DNA of 64,000 nt from Octopus vulgaris. Taxonomy: Eukaryota. Each line of letters begins with the position of its first letter. Within the stretch, counting starts at the first letter, position 1. Made by a program: the position numbers and the translations under genes. The DNA is taken from contig OX597815.1 in the NCBI GenBank assembly GCA_951406725.2, positions 169,508,001 through 169,572,000 of the forward strand, read 5' to 3'. The notes beneath the pieces were generated by a model that ran no database searches, was not told the DNA's origin, and saw only the letters and a program-made list of their open reading frames with translations. This document shows positions 25,976 through 39,464 of this stretch, piece after piece.

Positions 25976-26415
25976 TATTTTTGTTATTTTTTATTTGCCC
26001 TGTCCGTGTGAGCTAACAGTCGTACCGGCTTTCATGGGAAACATGTATTTTTCGTGGTTGAAACCTTTTGGATTAACTGGTGCTAGAGTGATCAATATAG
26101 TGACCACTCTCTTATATTTATTTTGTGAAAATATTATAATATGTTATAAAATATTATAATAATCCAGGTTTCTCGTAGCACTAGGCCACTTGGTGTGGAA
26201 TAAATATACTATTAAATTAGTATCTAATTCTCTCACCCTTATTAATTAATTATAATTATGCTGCATTTATTTCTAAACGCTGTATTTGTTTTCCGTGAGA
26301 GTTTGGCGCGCTGTTGGTTGGGGCATTTGAATTATAACGTCCGATGTAATCAATTGAACCGCACGCGTATTTATCGTTATGGTAAAATCTGGCGTGTGAT
26401 TGAGTGGATTTCATC

Positions 26416-26509
26416 CAGATAGTCTTGGCTGAAGAGCTACAAATGGATTATTGTAAGTAATATTACATTTAATTCATTAATAGCGAAACAATTGTCCCAA
26501 AATAATCTG
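26416..26509 (+). ncRNA. Type I hammerhead ribozyme, copy 4 (intact stem I)
   Basis: Same as copy 3; predicted cleavage after 26496. Confidence 0.88.
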
Positions 26510-26779
26510 TATTTTTGTTATTTTTTATTTGCCCTGTCCGTGTGAGCTAACAGTCGTACCGGCTTTCATGGGAAACATGTATTTTTCGTGGTTGAAACCT
26601 TTTGGATTAACTGGTGCTAGAGTGATCAATATAGTGACCACTCTCTTATATTTATTTTGTGAAAATATTATAATATGTTATAAAATATTATAATAATCCA
26701 GGTTTCTCGTAGCACTAGGCCACTTGGTGTGGAATAAATATACTATTAAATTAGTATCTAATTCTCTCACCCTTATTAA

Positions 26780-26866
<87 letters not shown>

Positions 26867-27410
26867 CACATATATATATGTGTGTGTGTGCGTGTATATG
26901 CACATATATATGTGTGTATGTGTATACATATATTTGTGTGTACTCATACACACACATATGTGTATATTTTTATACATGGAAACCGATTTCCTCTTAAACA
27001 TATTGAGTTCGTCTATGCTGTGTGCTTTTTGCCATATTTTCAATATCGTTGAATGGAAAATTACCACCGGAATTTGAACGTTTAACCGTTAGATTTATAT
27101 CCCATGAAGCAAGTGTTTATTTTTGTAATTACTTGTGTTATATGTGTTCCTGCATTGCAGTTTTGTGCTTTGCTCGAAATATTGCTTCCATTAATATTCA
27201 TAATTAAATTGCTATGAGCATTAAAGGTTGTGAGCTTGCCGAATCGTTACCGTGCTGAACAAAATACTCAGCGGCATTTCTTCCTATTTTACATTCTGGG
27301 TTCAAATGCTTGCGGGGTCGATAAAATAAGCACCAGATGAGTATTGGTGTGGAAGTAATCGACTTACCTCCTTCCCGAAATGTTGGCCTTGTGCCAAAAT
27401 TTGAAATCAG

Positions 27411-28017
27411 GGATCTTTACCTCTTGACAGACAGATTTAAAAAAATAATTTTTTGAAACTAAACACTTTCAAACTTCGGACACTGGTAGAATGTGCCATA
27501 TAAAACATGTTTCACTCGTAGCATTTTTGAGAAAAACTTATATTTAGGAAGTTATTTCACGTTAAAGTAGTTGTATTTCGGTAATTTCAACCAATCAATG
27601 ACGTGTATTACTGCTGTTGTCTGTCAACAACAACTATCAGCGGTGTATTTTTCGTTCGTCACTGTTATTTATGACATCGTTCGTGCGTTTGTACTGGTTT
27701 TAGCTTTAAGGTTTTAGGGTGAGGGTTTTAGGGTTAGGGTAGTCATAAATAATAGTGACAAACGAAATATACACCGCCGATAGTTGTTGACAAACAGCAG
27801 CAGTAATTTTATTCAACTGAATACACGTCATTGATTGGTTGAAATTACCGAAATACGACTACTTTAACGTGAAATAACTTCCTAAATATAAGTTTTTCTA
27901 AAAAATGCTAAGAGTAAAAGATGTTTTATATGACACATTCTACCAGTATCCGAAGTTTGAGTGTCTTTAGTTACAAGAAATTATTTTTAAAATCTGTCGA
28001 TCAAAAGGTAAAGATCC
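27411..28017. mobile_element. Foldback MITE with ~270-bp TIRs (Merlin-like termini)
   Basis: ggatctttacc...ggtaaagatcc termini, arms complementary along their length, 8-bp TSD gaaatcag / gaaatcaa, ttaggg-like repeats in the spacer. Confidence 0.8.
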
Positions 28018-29409
28018 GAAATCAATATTATTATGCGCATTGCTTCCATATCGTTTATTTTTGTGGAGGATTTGTATAGTATAGATGTGTTACTAATTAA
28101 TGTTTTATTGCAGTGATTCTCAATCTTTTCATTTCCAAGAACCCCAGGATATTGAAAGGTCTATCAGCTTAACATGTTCATGTAGTAAACTAATGATTAA
28201 AAATTAAAATTCTGGTAGAAATATCCACACCAATTATATTGGCTGTACCTTACTATAAAGAGATAACAAATACGCGTCAATTTCACTTCATCTAGAAAAT
28301 GAGATCAAGAAAAGCTAGAAGCGTTGACAATTGATTCAGGCACTTTACTGCTCCAAACAAATTGCAAAGAATTCATACTAAAAATAAAAAGAAAACCTTG
28401 ATTAAAAAGATAGAAGCTAGAATAAAGATATGTTTTCAACACGCGCTCATGTAGACGTTCACAGTCTACTGTTGACGACTTACACAGATCTTTCATCCAG
28501 AATGATACTGTTATGGCATGATTAAGCAACCAATAGTAATAACCTGAATTGTTAGTGTACGACTAAATAAAGAAAAAAATTGCTTATGATTACTATCAAA
28601 AACTGTTTTTTTATCCTTGAAAAGGGAGAAGGATTTTTATAGCTAGCCCTTCCTCCTCCCCCCTCCATTCTCCTCCTCGCAGTCGTGAATTTACATCACA
28701 CTAAATCTGTTTCCTGAACTGTAACAAACAAAGAACGGTTTTCTTCCCATTTCCTCATCCTAAAGTGGCATAGTTTGGTTGCATGTTATCATTGATTGCA
28801 GACGTGACACAGATTAATGATGAGCTTCCGGATTTTCCACCAACTTGTTTACCAAACCATTTACTACAAAACACTCTGATTCAGGTTTAAAAATAAAAAT
28901 CTTTCACAATTATTTCTTATTTTTATTAGTTTGTTCATTTTATGTCCGCTTATCTATGCTGGCATGAGTTGGATGATTTTTAAGTTAAAAAGAAATTAAT
29001 CTTTATGAAAAAGAGCAAGACTTTCTCTTCCATTTTTTTTCAAGGTGCAACCATGGCTATGTGGTTAAGAAGCTAGCTTTGCAACTACGTAGTTTCGAGT
29101 ATAGTCCCACTACGCAGCACCTTCTGTCAGTGTCTTCTACTATATCCCCTGCCTGAACAATGCCTTTGTGAGTGAGTCTGGTCGATGGAAACTGTGGAGG
29201 CCCGGCGTGTATGCTAAAGCGTGTCTCTAGGAGAAGGTCACTCTGATATAAAAGCAGAAAATGCAGGGAATGGAATTGAAAATTTTGGGAATCTTTTGAT
29301 TGCGCTTGAGATCATGACATTCACAGATTCCTGACCCTGCAACTCATATTGGTACTGGATATCTTGCCCTGGATGGTCTCTGGATCATGCCGAAGGATAG
29401 AGAGAGAGA

Positions 29410-29470
29410 TTATGGTTAAGAACGCGAGTTACTAACCCCAAGATTCTGTGTTCGATTCCAGGCAGTGACC

Positions 29471-29536
<66 letters not shown>

Positions 29537-29646
29537 AAAATAATAATAACATCGAAAAATACCTTGGGAATGAGAACCCAAGTTCAAAATTTCCCCAAGA
29601 CACCTGATGAAGGCTAGAGGGTATATCAGCCGAAACGTTGTATGTC
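29410..29646 (+). mobile_element. Composite short element: tRNA-like head, (TAC)n, tail with a minimal hammerhead motif
   Basis: TGGTTAAG (A-box-like, 29413), GTTCGATTCC (B-box, 29450), then gacac CTGATGA a ggct...agcc GAAAC GTT. A decayed tail copy lies on the minus strand at about 2440-2510. Confidence 0.6.
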
Positions 29647-29806
29647 AGGGATGTAACTAAATATACATAGGCGGACAGAAAGCACAGGTCAACAGTTCTT
29701 CATCAGTTATTGGCCAGAAGGGTCAGTCGAAACCGTCGATGGAACATGGTTATCACAACTGCCACTTTTAGCCATTTACTGTCGCTGTCAGTATGTACGT
29801 ATACAC

Positions 29807-29930
<124 letters not shown>

Positions 29931-30139
29931 TTGTTTTTGTTTGTCCCCCACCATTGCTTGACAAACAGTGTTAGTTTGTTTATGTCTGTAACTTAGCAGT
30001 ATGGCAAAAGAGACTAATAGAATAAGGACCAGACTTAAAGCATCAGTACTGGAGTCGATTTGTTCGACAGAACCTTTCAAGCTGGTGCCCCAGCATGGCT
30101 GCAATCCAATAACTGAAACAAGTGACAAAAGATATCTCT

Positions 30140-30350
30140 CTTTACTCTTTTACTTGTTTCAGTCATTTGACTGCGGCCATGCTGGAGCACTGCCTTTAGT
30201 CGAGCAAATCGACCCCAGGACTTATTCTTTGTAAGCCTAGCACTTATTCTATCGGTCTCTTTTGCCGAACCGCTAAGTTACGGGAACGTAAACACACCAG
30301 CATCAGTTGTCAAGCGATGCTGGGGGGGGGGGACAAACACAAACACAGAA

Positions 30351-30417
<67 letters not shown>

Positions 30418-30590
30418 GACATATATACGACGGGCTTCTTTCAGTTTCCTTCTACCAAATCCACTCACAAGGCTTTGGTCGGCCTGAGGCTATAGTAGAA
30501 GACACTTGCCCAAGGTGCCACACAGTGGGACTGAACCCGGAACCATGTGGTTAGTAAGCAAGCTACTTACCACACAGCCACCCCTACGCC
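30140..30590 (-). mobile_element. SINE family A, full length
   Basis: Reverse complement of the 1005-1420 consensus, including the ctctttta tail repeats. Confidence 0.85.
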
Positions 30591-31178
30591 TTGCAGTTAT
30601 CTTCAAAAGCTACATATCTATTGCATAAACGATCCAGTTCTCCTCTAAAATTAAAGCATGACATGTTTTATCTGCCTGATAAAGCTTGCCAAAACAATCC
30701 TGAAATTCATAACAGTACAAGGCATGATAAAGATGATAAATCTAAGCCTGAAGCTGGCTTAGATTCTGCCCCTCTCGCCACTTTATTTATTTTATTCTAA
30801 CTGTTATATCTTTTATATTGATTTATTCTCTTTTATTTTTTCTTTTTTTTCTTTTATTCTTACTTCTTCCTTTTATTCTTTTACTTGTTTCAGTCATTTG
30901 ACTGTGGCCATGCTGGAGCACCACATTTAATCGAGCAAATCGACCCCAGGACTTATTCTTTGTAAGCCTAGTACTTATTCTATCAGTCTCTTTTGCCAAA
31001 CTGCTAAGTTACAGGGAGGTAACTAAATATACACAGGTGGACAGAAAGCAGCGAAGGTCACCAATTCTTCATCAGTTATCGGCCAGAGAGGTCAGCTGAA
31101 ACCATGATATCATGACTGCCACTCTCAGCCATTTACTGTCGCTGTCAGTATGTATGTATACAGTTATCTATCTATCTG

Positions 31179-31255
<77 letters not shown>

Positions 31256-31279
31256 TTATCTTACTATCTATCTATTACT

Positions 31280-31678
31280 CTTTTATTTTTTTACTTGTTT
31301 CACTCATTTGACTGTAGCCATTCAGGAGCATCACCTTTAGTCAAGCAAATCAACCCCAGGACTTATTCTTTGTAAGCCTAGTACTTATTCTATTGGTCTC
31401 TTTTGCCGAACCTCTAAGTTACGGGGACGTAAACACACCAGCATCGGTTGTCAAGCGATGTTGGCGGGGCAAACACAGACACACAAATACACACACACAT
31501 ATATATACATATATACAATGGGCTTCTTTCAGTTTCTGTCTACCAAATCCACTCACAAGGCTTTGGTTGGCCTGAGGCTATAGTAGAAGACACTTGATCA
31601 AGGTGCCACACAGTGGGACTGAACCCGGACCATGTAGTTGGTAAGCAAGACCTTGCCACACAGCCACTCCTATGCCTA
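31280..31678 (-). mobile_element. SINE family A, full length
   Basis: As above. Confidence 0.85.
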
Positions 31679-33267
31679 TTGTTTATTTTTTTCTTTTATC
31701 TTTTATTTTTTACTTGTTTCAGTTACTGAAATGTGACCAAGCTTGGGCACTGCCTTGAAGGGCTTCATTTTAACAAATTAATCCAGTACTAATCATTTCT
31801 TTTTAAAGTTTGGCACTTATTCTGTCAGTTCTTTTGCCAAACTGCTGAATTATGGGAATATAAACAAACAAAGACTGATTGTCAAGTGGTGTAGATGGGG
31901 GCTGACATAACTGTTTAGCTCCCTCTCCCCAAATTTCATTTCTTGTGGTTATGAAACAAAGAATTAAATTAAGAGCAGAAAAAACTATAATATTTCCTTT
32001 CAAAAGTCAATCAATATTTAATTTATCTCATATTGATTTGATATACAGCATAAATTATATTACTTTTTTTCTTTTTGTTGTGTAATCAAAAATACTTATT
32101 TATGATTGGCTAGCCATGTTACCTACAGGGGAACATGAAATCAGACTTATAAAATTCAAACTTAATAATAAAATACACTTAGAATACACTTACAATTAAA
32201 GTGATTTCGTAGTATCCTGAAGGCCATCAGTCTACCTTGAACTCAGAACATTAAGATAAATGAAACGCTATTATGAATTTTGCTGAATGTGCTAACAATT
32301 CTGCCAGCTTGTTGCCATTGCAAATTTTGGCACAAGGCCAGCAGTCTTTTTGTGGGGAAGGCCAAGTCGATTGAATTGACCTCAGTGCTCAACTGGTACA
32401 TATTTTACCAACCCTGAAAGGATGAAAGGCAAAGTCGACCTTGGTAGAACTTGAACTCAGAATGTAAAGACAGATGAAATACCATTAAGCATTTTGCCCA
32501 GTGTGTTAACAATTCTGCCAGATTGCAACATGGGCAAATTTTGGCACAAAACCAGCAGTTTTGGAGAGGGGGCAACTCAGTTACATCAACCTTAGTACTT
32601 GAATTGTATTTTATTTTATTGTCCCCAAATGGATGAAAGGCAAAGTTAATTTGGGTAATATTTACATTCAGGACACAAAGAACAGGAAGAAATGTCCCAA
32701 AGTGTTTAGTCTGATGTGCCATGATTCTATCAAGTTGCCGCCGTTTTGTACTTGTAATAAAAACTTTGTGGAATACCACAACTATTTTTAATACAACACT
32801 TCAAACAGTGAAATATTGGCCCTTATGAAACTGGAAGTTTAAACTTGAATGAATGAGTTAAATAACTTGAGAACAATTCACAAAAAAACCAATTAAGGAC
32901 TCTTTTTATTTTGTGTCTTTTATAATTTTTTTTTTTAGAAATGAAGTGCTTGTGTAAAATATGATATGAAGAAAAGTGGTTTAAAATTGATGCATAGAGA
33001 GATATGTGGAGTGTTGAACACACAGCATTAATTGAAGTGAGTTATCATCAGATCTACAATAGTTGAAAACTGCTCTGATCATAATTAACATATAACTAGC
33101 AATGGAATCATACTGATATGCATCATCATCATCATCATCATCATCAACATCATCATTGACATTGTCGTTGTCATCATTGTTGTCGTGATGATGATGATGA
33201 TCGATCATCATCATCAGTTAACATCCATGTTCCCTGCTGGCATTGGTTGGATGGTTTGACTGGATCC

Positions 33268-33497
33268 AGCGAGTTGGCAGAATTGTTAGCACGCCGGGCG
33301 AAATGCTTAGCAGTATTTTGTCTGCCGCTACGTTCTGAGTTCAAATTTCGCCAAGGTCGACTTTGCCTTTCATTCTTTTGGGGTCGATTAAATAAGTACC
33401 AGTTATGCACTGGGGTCGATGTAATCGACTTAATGCCTATGTCTATCTTTGTTTGTCCCCTCTATGTTTAGCCCCTTGTGGGTAATAAAGAAATAGG
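33268..33497 (+). mobile_element. SINE family B with 16-bp TSD, inserted in a family E repeat
   Basis: ggtttgactggatcca on both sides. Confidence 0.85.
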
Positions 33498-33937
33498 TTT
33501 GACTGGATCCAACGGGTCCAAAAAATTACTCCAGTGTTTGTCTGTTTTGGCCTGGTTTTTGGCCTGGTTTTTACATTGGCATTAGGAAGGCTGGATGCCT
33601 TCCTAATGCCAACCTCTTTATATTTATGGCATGTATACTATAAAAGTACTTAGAAATGAGAAATATTGACTTGATTGAAGCACACTGGAAAATAGAAAAG
33701 TCTTTTCAATGCTGTACACACATATTGAATAGTTAAAGAATAGGACATCAAACAGAAGTAAATATGTAAAACTACAAAAAAAAAGAGTTTTATACTGAAG
33801 CATGTGTACTCAGATTCTATATTGATGATGATGATGATGATGATGATGACGATGACGACAACAATGCATGTTTGGTTAGCCATATTGACATTAAAGGAAG
33901 AATGAATTCAGAATTAAATTATTAAAAATTTCTCTGA

Positions 33938-34005
33938 TACACACACACACACACACACACATACACACACACACATACACACACATATGTATGTATGTAT
34001 ATATG

Positions 34006-34038
<33 letters not shown>

Positions 34039-34243
34039 GTATGTATGCATATGTATATGTATATATGTATATGTATATGTATATATATATGTATGTATGT
34101 ATATATATATATGTATATATGTATATATGTATATGTATGTATATATATATATATATGTGTATATGTATATATATATATATGTATGTATGTATATATACAT
34201 ATATATATGTATATATGTATATATACATATATATATGTATATA

Positions 34244-34322
<79 letters not shown>

Positions 34323-34365
34323 GTATGTATATATACATATATATATGTATATATATATGTATATA

Positions 34366-34405
<40 letters not shown>

Positions 34406-34473
34406 TATATATATATATATATGTATAAATATATGTATATATATATATGTGTGTGTATATATATATATATGTA

Positions 34474-34525
<52 letters not shown>
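33938..34525. repeat. Long compound (CA)n/(TA)n/(TATG)n microsatellite
   Basis: Directly visible. Similar tracts at 725-815, 24168-24239, 26785-26960, 36445-36630, 43700-43920, 50180-50340, 54260-54640, 57065-57205. Confidence 0.95.
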
Positions 34526-34531
<6 letters not shown>

Positions 34532-36039
34532 TATAAATATGCATGTGTGTATGAATAAGTTATAATGTTGCTTTAGAAAAACACCTGTTACTTTTTCTTT
34601 ATGCCTGGAGGCAGATAAGAAGGAAAAGAAAATTACTTTGTTATATCCCAAGTTTTCAATGCCTTAAAAAATATCTTTGTCAAGAATTTACTCAATGATT
34701 CTACATAGGTAACCTTAAACTAGAAATGTCTATATGTGTGTGTGTGTGTGTGTGGCATATGTTTAAAACTATTCATATGTATAAAACTGTCATAATATTA
34801 CGTAGTCTTGCCTTGGGTATTCTTCTATGCATTCAGCCAGTTATTGTAAGGATAAACTTGATGTTTGCTTCAGAATAACAAATAATCTCAAACAATCTCT
34901 TGTACATAATGAGACTGGTGCACAAACAATAAATTTAAATGTAACATGCTTTCATTGAAAAGAATCTATTCTTACCAGCAAATTCCTTAATATTTCTGTG
35001 CACACACACATACACACACACACATTTATACATTATCATCATCATCATCATAGTTTAACGTCCATTTTCCATGCTAGCATGCGTTGGATGGCTCGACCGG
35101 GGTCTGAGAAGCCAGGAGGCTGCACCAGGCTCCAGTCTGATCTGGCAGTGTTTCTACAGCTAGATGCCCTTCCTAATGCCAACCACTCCGTGAGTGTAGT
35201 GGGTGCTTTTTACGTGCCAGGGGAGGCTGGCAGTGGCCACGATCGGTTGGTAATTTTTACGTGCCACCGGCACAGGTATCACAACTTCAATTTCCATTTG
35301 ATTTTTTGATGTTGATGTACTTGACTCAATAGGTCTCTTCAAGCATAGCAGGTCACCCTACGATCCAAGGTAAGCACAACAGGCCGTCCTGTGATCCAAG
35401 GTACTTTGGATGGGTTGGAGCTTCTATGTGAAGCTGGTGCAGAAAACAGTCATGAACTCACGTTATTTGACGGGTCTTCACAGTTACAGCATTATACATA
35501 TATGTATTTATATATAACTAATGATAGAGATAGAAAAAGGAATATTTGAGAAACTTTATTGCTCACAATGATCGCTTCAGTCCATCCTGCATCGATCCCT
35601 TGCAGGTGGGATACTGTACAAATGGTTGTGGTGCATTCCTTGGTGCAGAAGTCTCTCACCAAGTCATCTTACAAGGGGTATCTTGTTAACAAAAACCTTA
35701 TTTTGCTCGGTTTTACTACAGCAAGTTGTTAGCGACTGTAGGTTTAAGCCATTGTATTAAATATATATGTTTATACATGTATGTGTGTTTGTGTATATAT
35801 ATATATATATATTATTAATAAAAGGAATTCCAACCTTGTCTGATTTTCGCATTTTATTTACAATTTTATAATGATATAAGATAATATAATACAATATAAT
35901 AAAATAAAATAATAGAATGTCAAATGTTCATTCTGATTGAACTAGTATTTTCATGCATTAAATTCTGCAATCTTCAGGTTCCTGTAGTAGTGGTGACAGT
36001 CATGCTTCACAATTTTTGACTGTCTATATATATATATAT

Positions 36040-36440
36040 ACTCTTTTACTCTTTTACTTATTTCAGTCATATGACTGTGGCCATGCTGGAGCACTGCCTT
36101 TAGTCGAGCAAATCAACCCCAGGACCTATTCTTCATAAGCCTAGTACTAATTCTATCAGTCTCTTTTGCTGACCTGCTAAGTTATGGAGACTTAAACACA
36201 CCAGCATCAGTTGTCAAGCGATGTTAGGGGGACAAACATAGACACACAAAAATATACACACACATACACATATATATACATATATACGATGAGCTTCTTT
36301 CAGTTTCCATCTACCAAATCCATTCACAAGGCTTTGGTCAGCCCAAGGCTATAGTAGAAGACACTTGCCCAAGGTGCCACACAGTGGGACTGAACCCGGT
36401 ACCATGTGGCTGGTAAGCAAGCTACTACATAGCCACTCCT
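36040..36440 (-). mobile_element. SINE family A, full length
   Basis: As above. Confidence 0.85.
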
Positions 36441-36455
36441 GTTCATATATATATA

Positions 36456-36523
<68 letters not shown>

Positions 36524-36571
36524 CACACACACATACACATACACACACACACACATATATATACACACACT

Positions 36572-36622
<51 letters not shown>

Positions 36623-36944
36623 TCACATATATTATTTGATTTCTTTGCAAAGTATATATTTGATGCCTGGAAGATATTTAAAAGGGGGGAAAATATATTC
36701 ATGCCTGTGGGGCCACAGTTTACTGTATGTAGTGTAAATTGCCTTTCTATTATGCCACCAATTGTATACACTGTATAATTTGTAAATTATTCGTACATTG
36801 TAGTAATGGCTTCATAAAACATATCTTGTTGAATAAGCATTTAATTACATCAATGCAAAAAAAGAAACATGTGTAAAAAAAGAAAGCTAATTTCTCTAGT
36901 GAAGAACCCAATCCATTGAATATAGATACAGGTATACAGATATA

Positions 36945-37515
<571 letters not shown>

Positions 37516-38168
37516 AAAAGGCATAACACTGGCTTTTTGGACACTGATTCTTTGGAACCTCTTATAATCCACACAAATTTAGGAGCAGGAACTTCAAATT
37601 TCCATAGATCCTAGTCTAGTTTATTGGTACCTTGCAAAGACTAGTACCTTGCTCAGTATAGTATCAATAAATTTGCATCATTTACAGTAATGTACAGGTA
37701 CCTGTTTATCATTTAAGTAAATTTAATATTTGTTTACTTCAGAGTGTGACCACTCACTAGTTCAGAAAAAAATATCAGTAATCCAGGAAAGATTTGGAAC
37801 CAAAGGGTTGCAGAAAATTGGTGTTCTACCTGTACTATTGGTATTTGTATTTGTATTTATTGCCATGGTAGTAGTAGGATTCATAGAAGAAGGTTCGTGG
37901 GAATATTGAATTCACAAGCAGTCCCCGACATCCCGCATGCATATCCCGAGTGACGGGACGCCCTGTTTGCCGCAGAGTCTCCACAGTTGCAGGGACAGAA
38001 CGACCTTGAAGCCGCCGATTGCCGATCAGATGCCTCTTGGAATTTTCATCATTATTAGATATCAATAAATTTTTATTAAAAATCTGAGATCAACATTAAT
38101 TCTTTGCTTGAATAATTTCAAGGATTTCTTAAATATAGACAAATTTGTGTACTTTATAATCAAATTTA

Positions 38169-38535
38169 TTAACTCTTTTGGTACCATATTTCTGTTGATA
38201 TATGAAATTAATGAAGAATTTATTGAAATAACTGTCATTCTTAAGCTGGTACTTAGAACATAAATTAGTACGAAATTTTGATGGAAGATTTTAATTTAGA
38301 TCATTCTAACTCTAATTTTGTTACCATATTTCTGTTGAAATATACTGCATTTATTTGCAATAACTTTTAAAAATAATGAAGAATTTATTGACATAACTGT
38401 TATTATTAAGTTGATGTTTGAAATGTAAATTAACATGAAATTTTGATGGCAAATTTTCATTTAGATAATTTTAAAACAGGAAGTTTGTATCATAGAACCA
38501 GAGGTGATCTGAAGTAGATTGGTACCAAAAAGATG
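38169..38535 (+). mobile_element. TTAA-type (piggyBac-like) MITE with internal tandem duplication
   Basis: ttaactcttttggtacc ... ggtaccaaaaag; the block accatatttctgttg...aaattttgatgg occurs twice. Confidence 0.5.
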
Positions 38536-39464
38536 ATATACTAGATCGGATTTAGATCTCTGCAGGATCATATGATTGATACATTTCTTGTACTGAATAC
38601 TAGGGCATTGTGAGGAATCAGTATGAATTGGCAGTACTAAAGCTACTATGATGTACTTTTTCTTGAAAAAATATGTTATGATCAACATTAAATTCCTGCC
38701 AAAATCAATAATGACACTCTATGATCAGTATCAAGAGACTTTGGAATATTTTCCATTATATTGATTAAAATGGGGATAATTTAAGGGAACTAAACTGGGA
38801 AGAATATAAACAATTAACTTTATCAATAAATTTTATTAGATGCCATTATGCAAAAATTCTCCAAAGGTTTTTCAATTCCCTAGAATAGAAACACAAAGGA
38901 ACTTCAGTTGTCAGATAAAAGTGAAGCTATTTTTTGCTGTTGTTATCAACTGTGATGCTATAGCAATGAGTTGAAACTTTATTCCTGAAGCTATTGCATC
39001 ATGCTACTAGGTAGGGCACATAACTCTTCTTGCCTCAGTCTGCCTGACTGACAAATCCTTTCTACTTAACAAAATAGTGGTCAGCAATAGGAAGAGCAGC
39101 ATCTAGCTGTAAATTACTTGTTTCAACAATAACTAAATCGATTAGTTCAATAGTATGTAATTTCAAAACTCATTCCATACCAAATTAATAAACAAAAGAA
39201 TATCATGGCTGTATGGTTAGTGTACATATATATATATATATATATGGTTAAAGAGAGATGGAAGATGGAAAATACGAGAGTTTTTATTAATCACTACACT
39301 TGTTTCGATACACCTAGCACAGAAACGATTGTAGTGGTAAATAAAAACTCTTGTATCTTCCATCTTCCGTCTCTCATTAACTTGATACATAACAAACTCT
39401 GTGAAAGTGAACGAGTTTTATTAGTAAGCTACCGGGTATAAACCACTCGTTTTACTATCAAATC

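Larger units (their letters stand above)
24602..26788 (+). mobile_element. Tandem array of a 534-bp non-coding unit (4 copies plus about 51 bp), each with a hammerhead ribozyme; retrozyme or non-autonomous Penelope-like element
   Basis: ctattaaattagtatc recurs at 24607, 25141, 25675, 26209 and 26743 (period 534). Copies are near-identical, flanked by (TA)n on both sides, with no ORF of 60 aa or more. Confidence 0.85.

Noticed and set aside
24602-26788. CRISPR array or simple satellite
   Set aside because: Units are 534 bp and identical throughout with no variable spacers, in a eukaryotic context; the hammerhead explains the array better.
27700-27741. Interstitial telomere
   Set aside because: Only a few degenerate ttaggg units, inside the spacer of a MITE.
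33891-34651. Long YI/HT/VC-rich ORFs here and at 26780, 36324, 43600, 50012, 54131
   Set aside because: Translations of stop-free microsatellites.
35936-35982. Minus-strand CTGAAGA...GAAA hammerhead-like motif
   Set aside because: Stem III and the cleavage triplet cannot be formed convincingly; at most a decayed relic.
37907-38068. Selenocysteine or readthrough at TGA followed by 52 open codons
   Set aside because: No readthrough context or SECIS evident; an open stretch this long is plausible by chance in GC-richer sequence.
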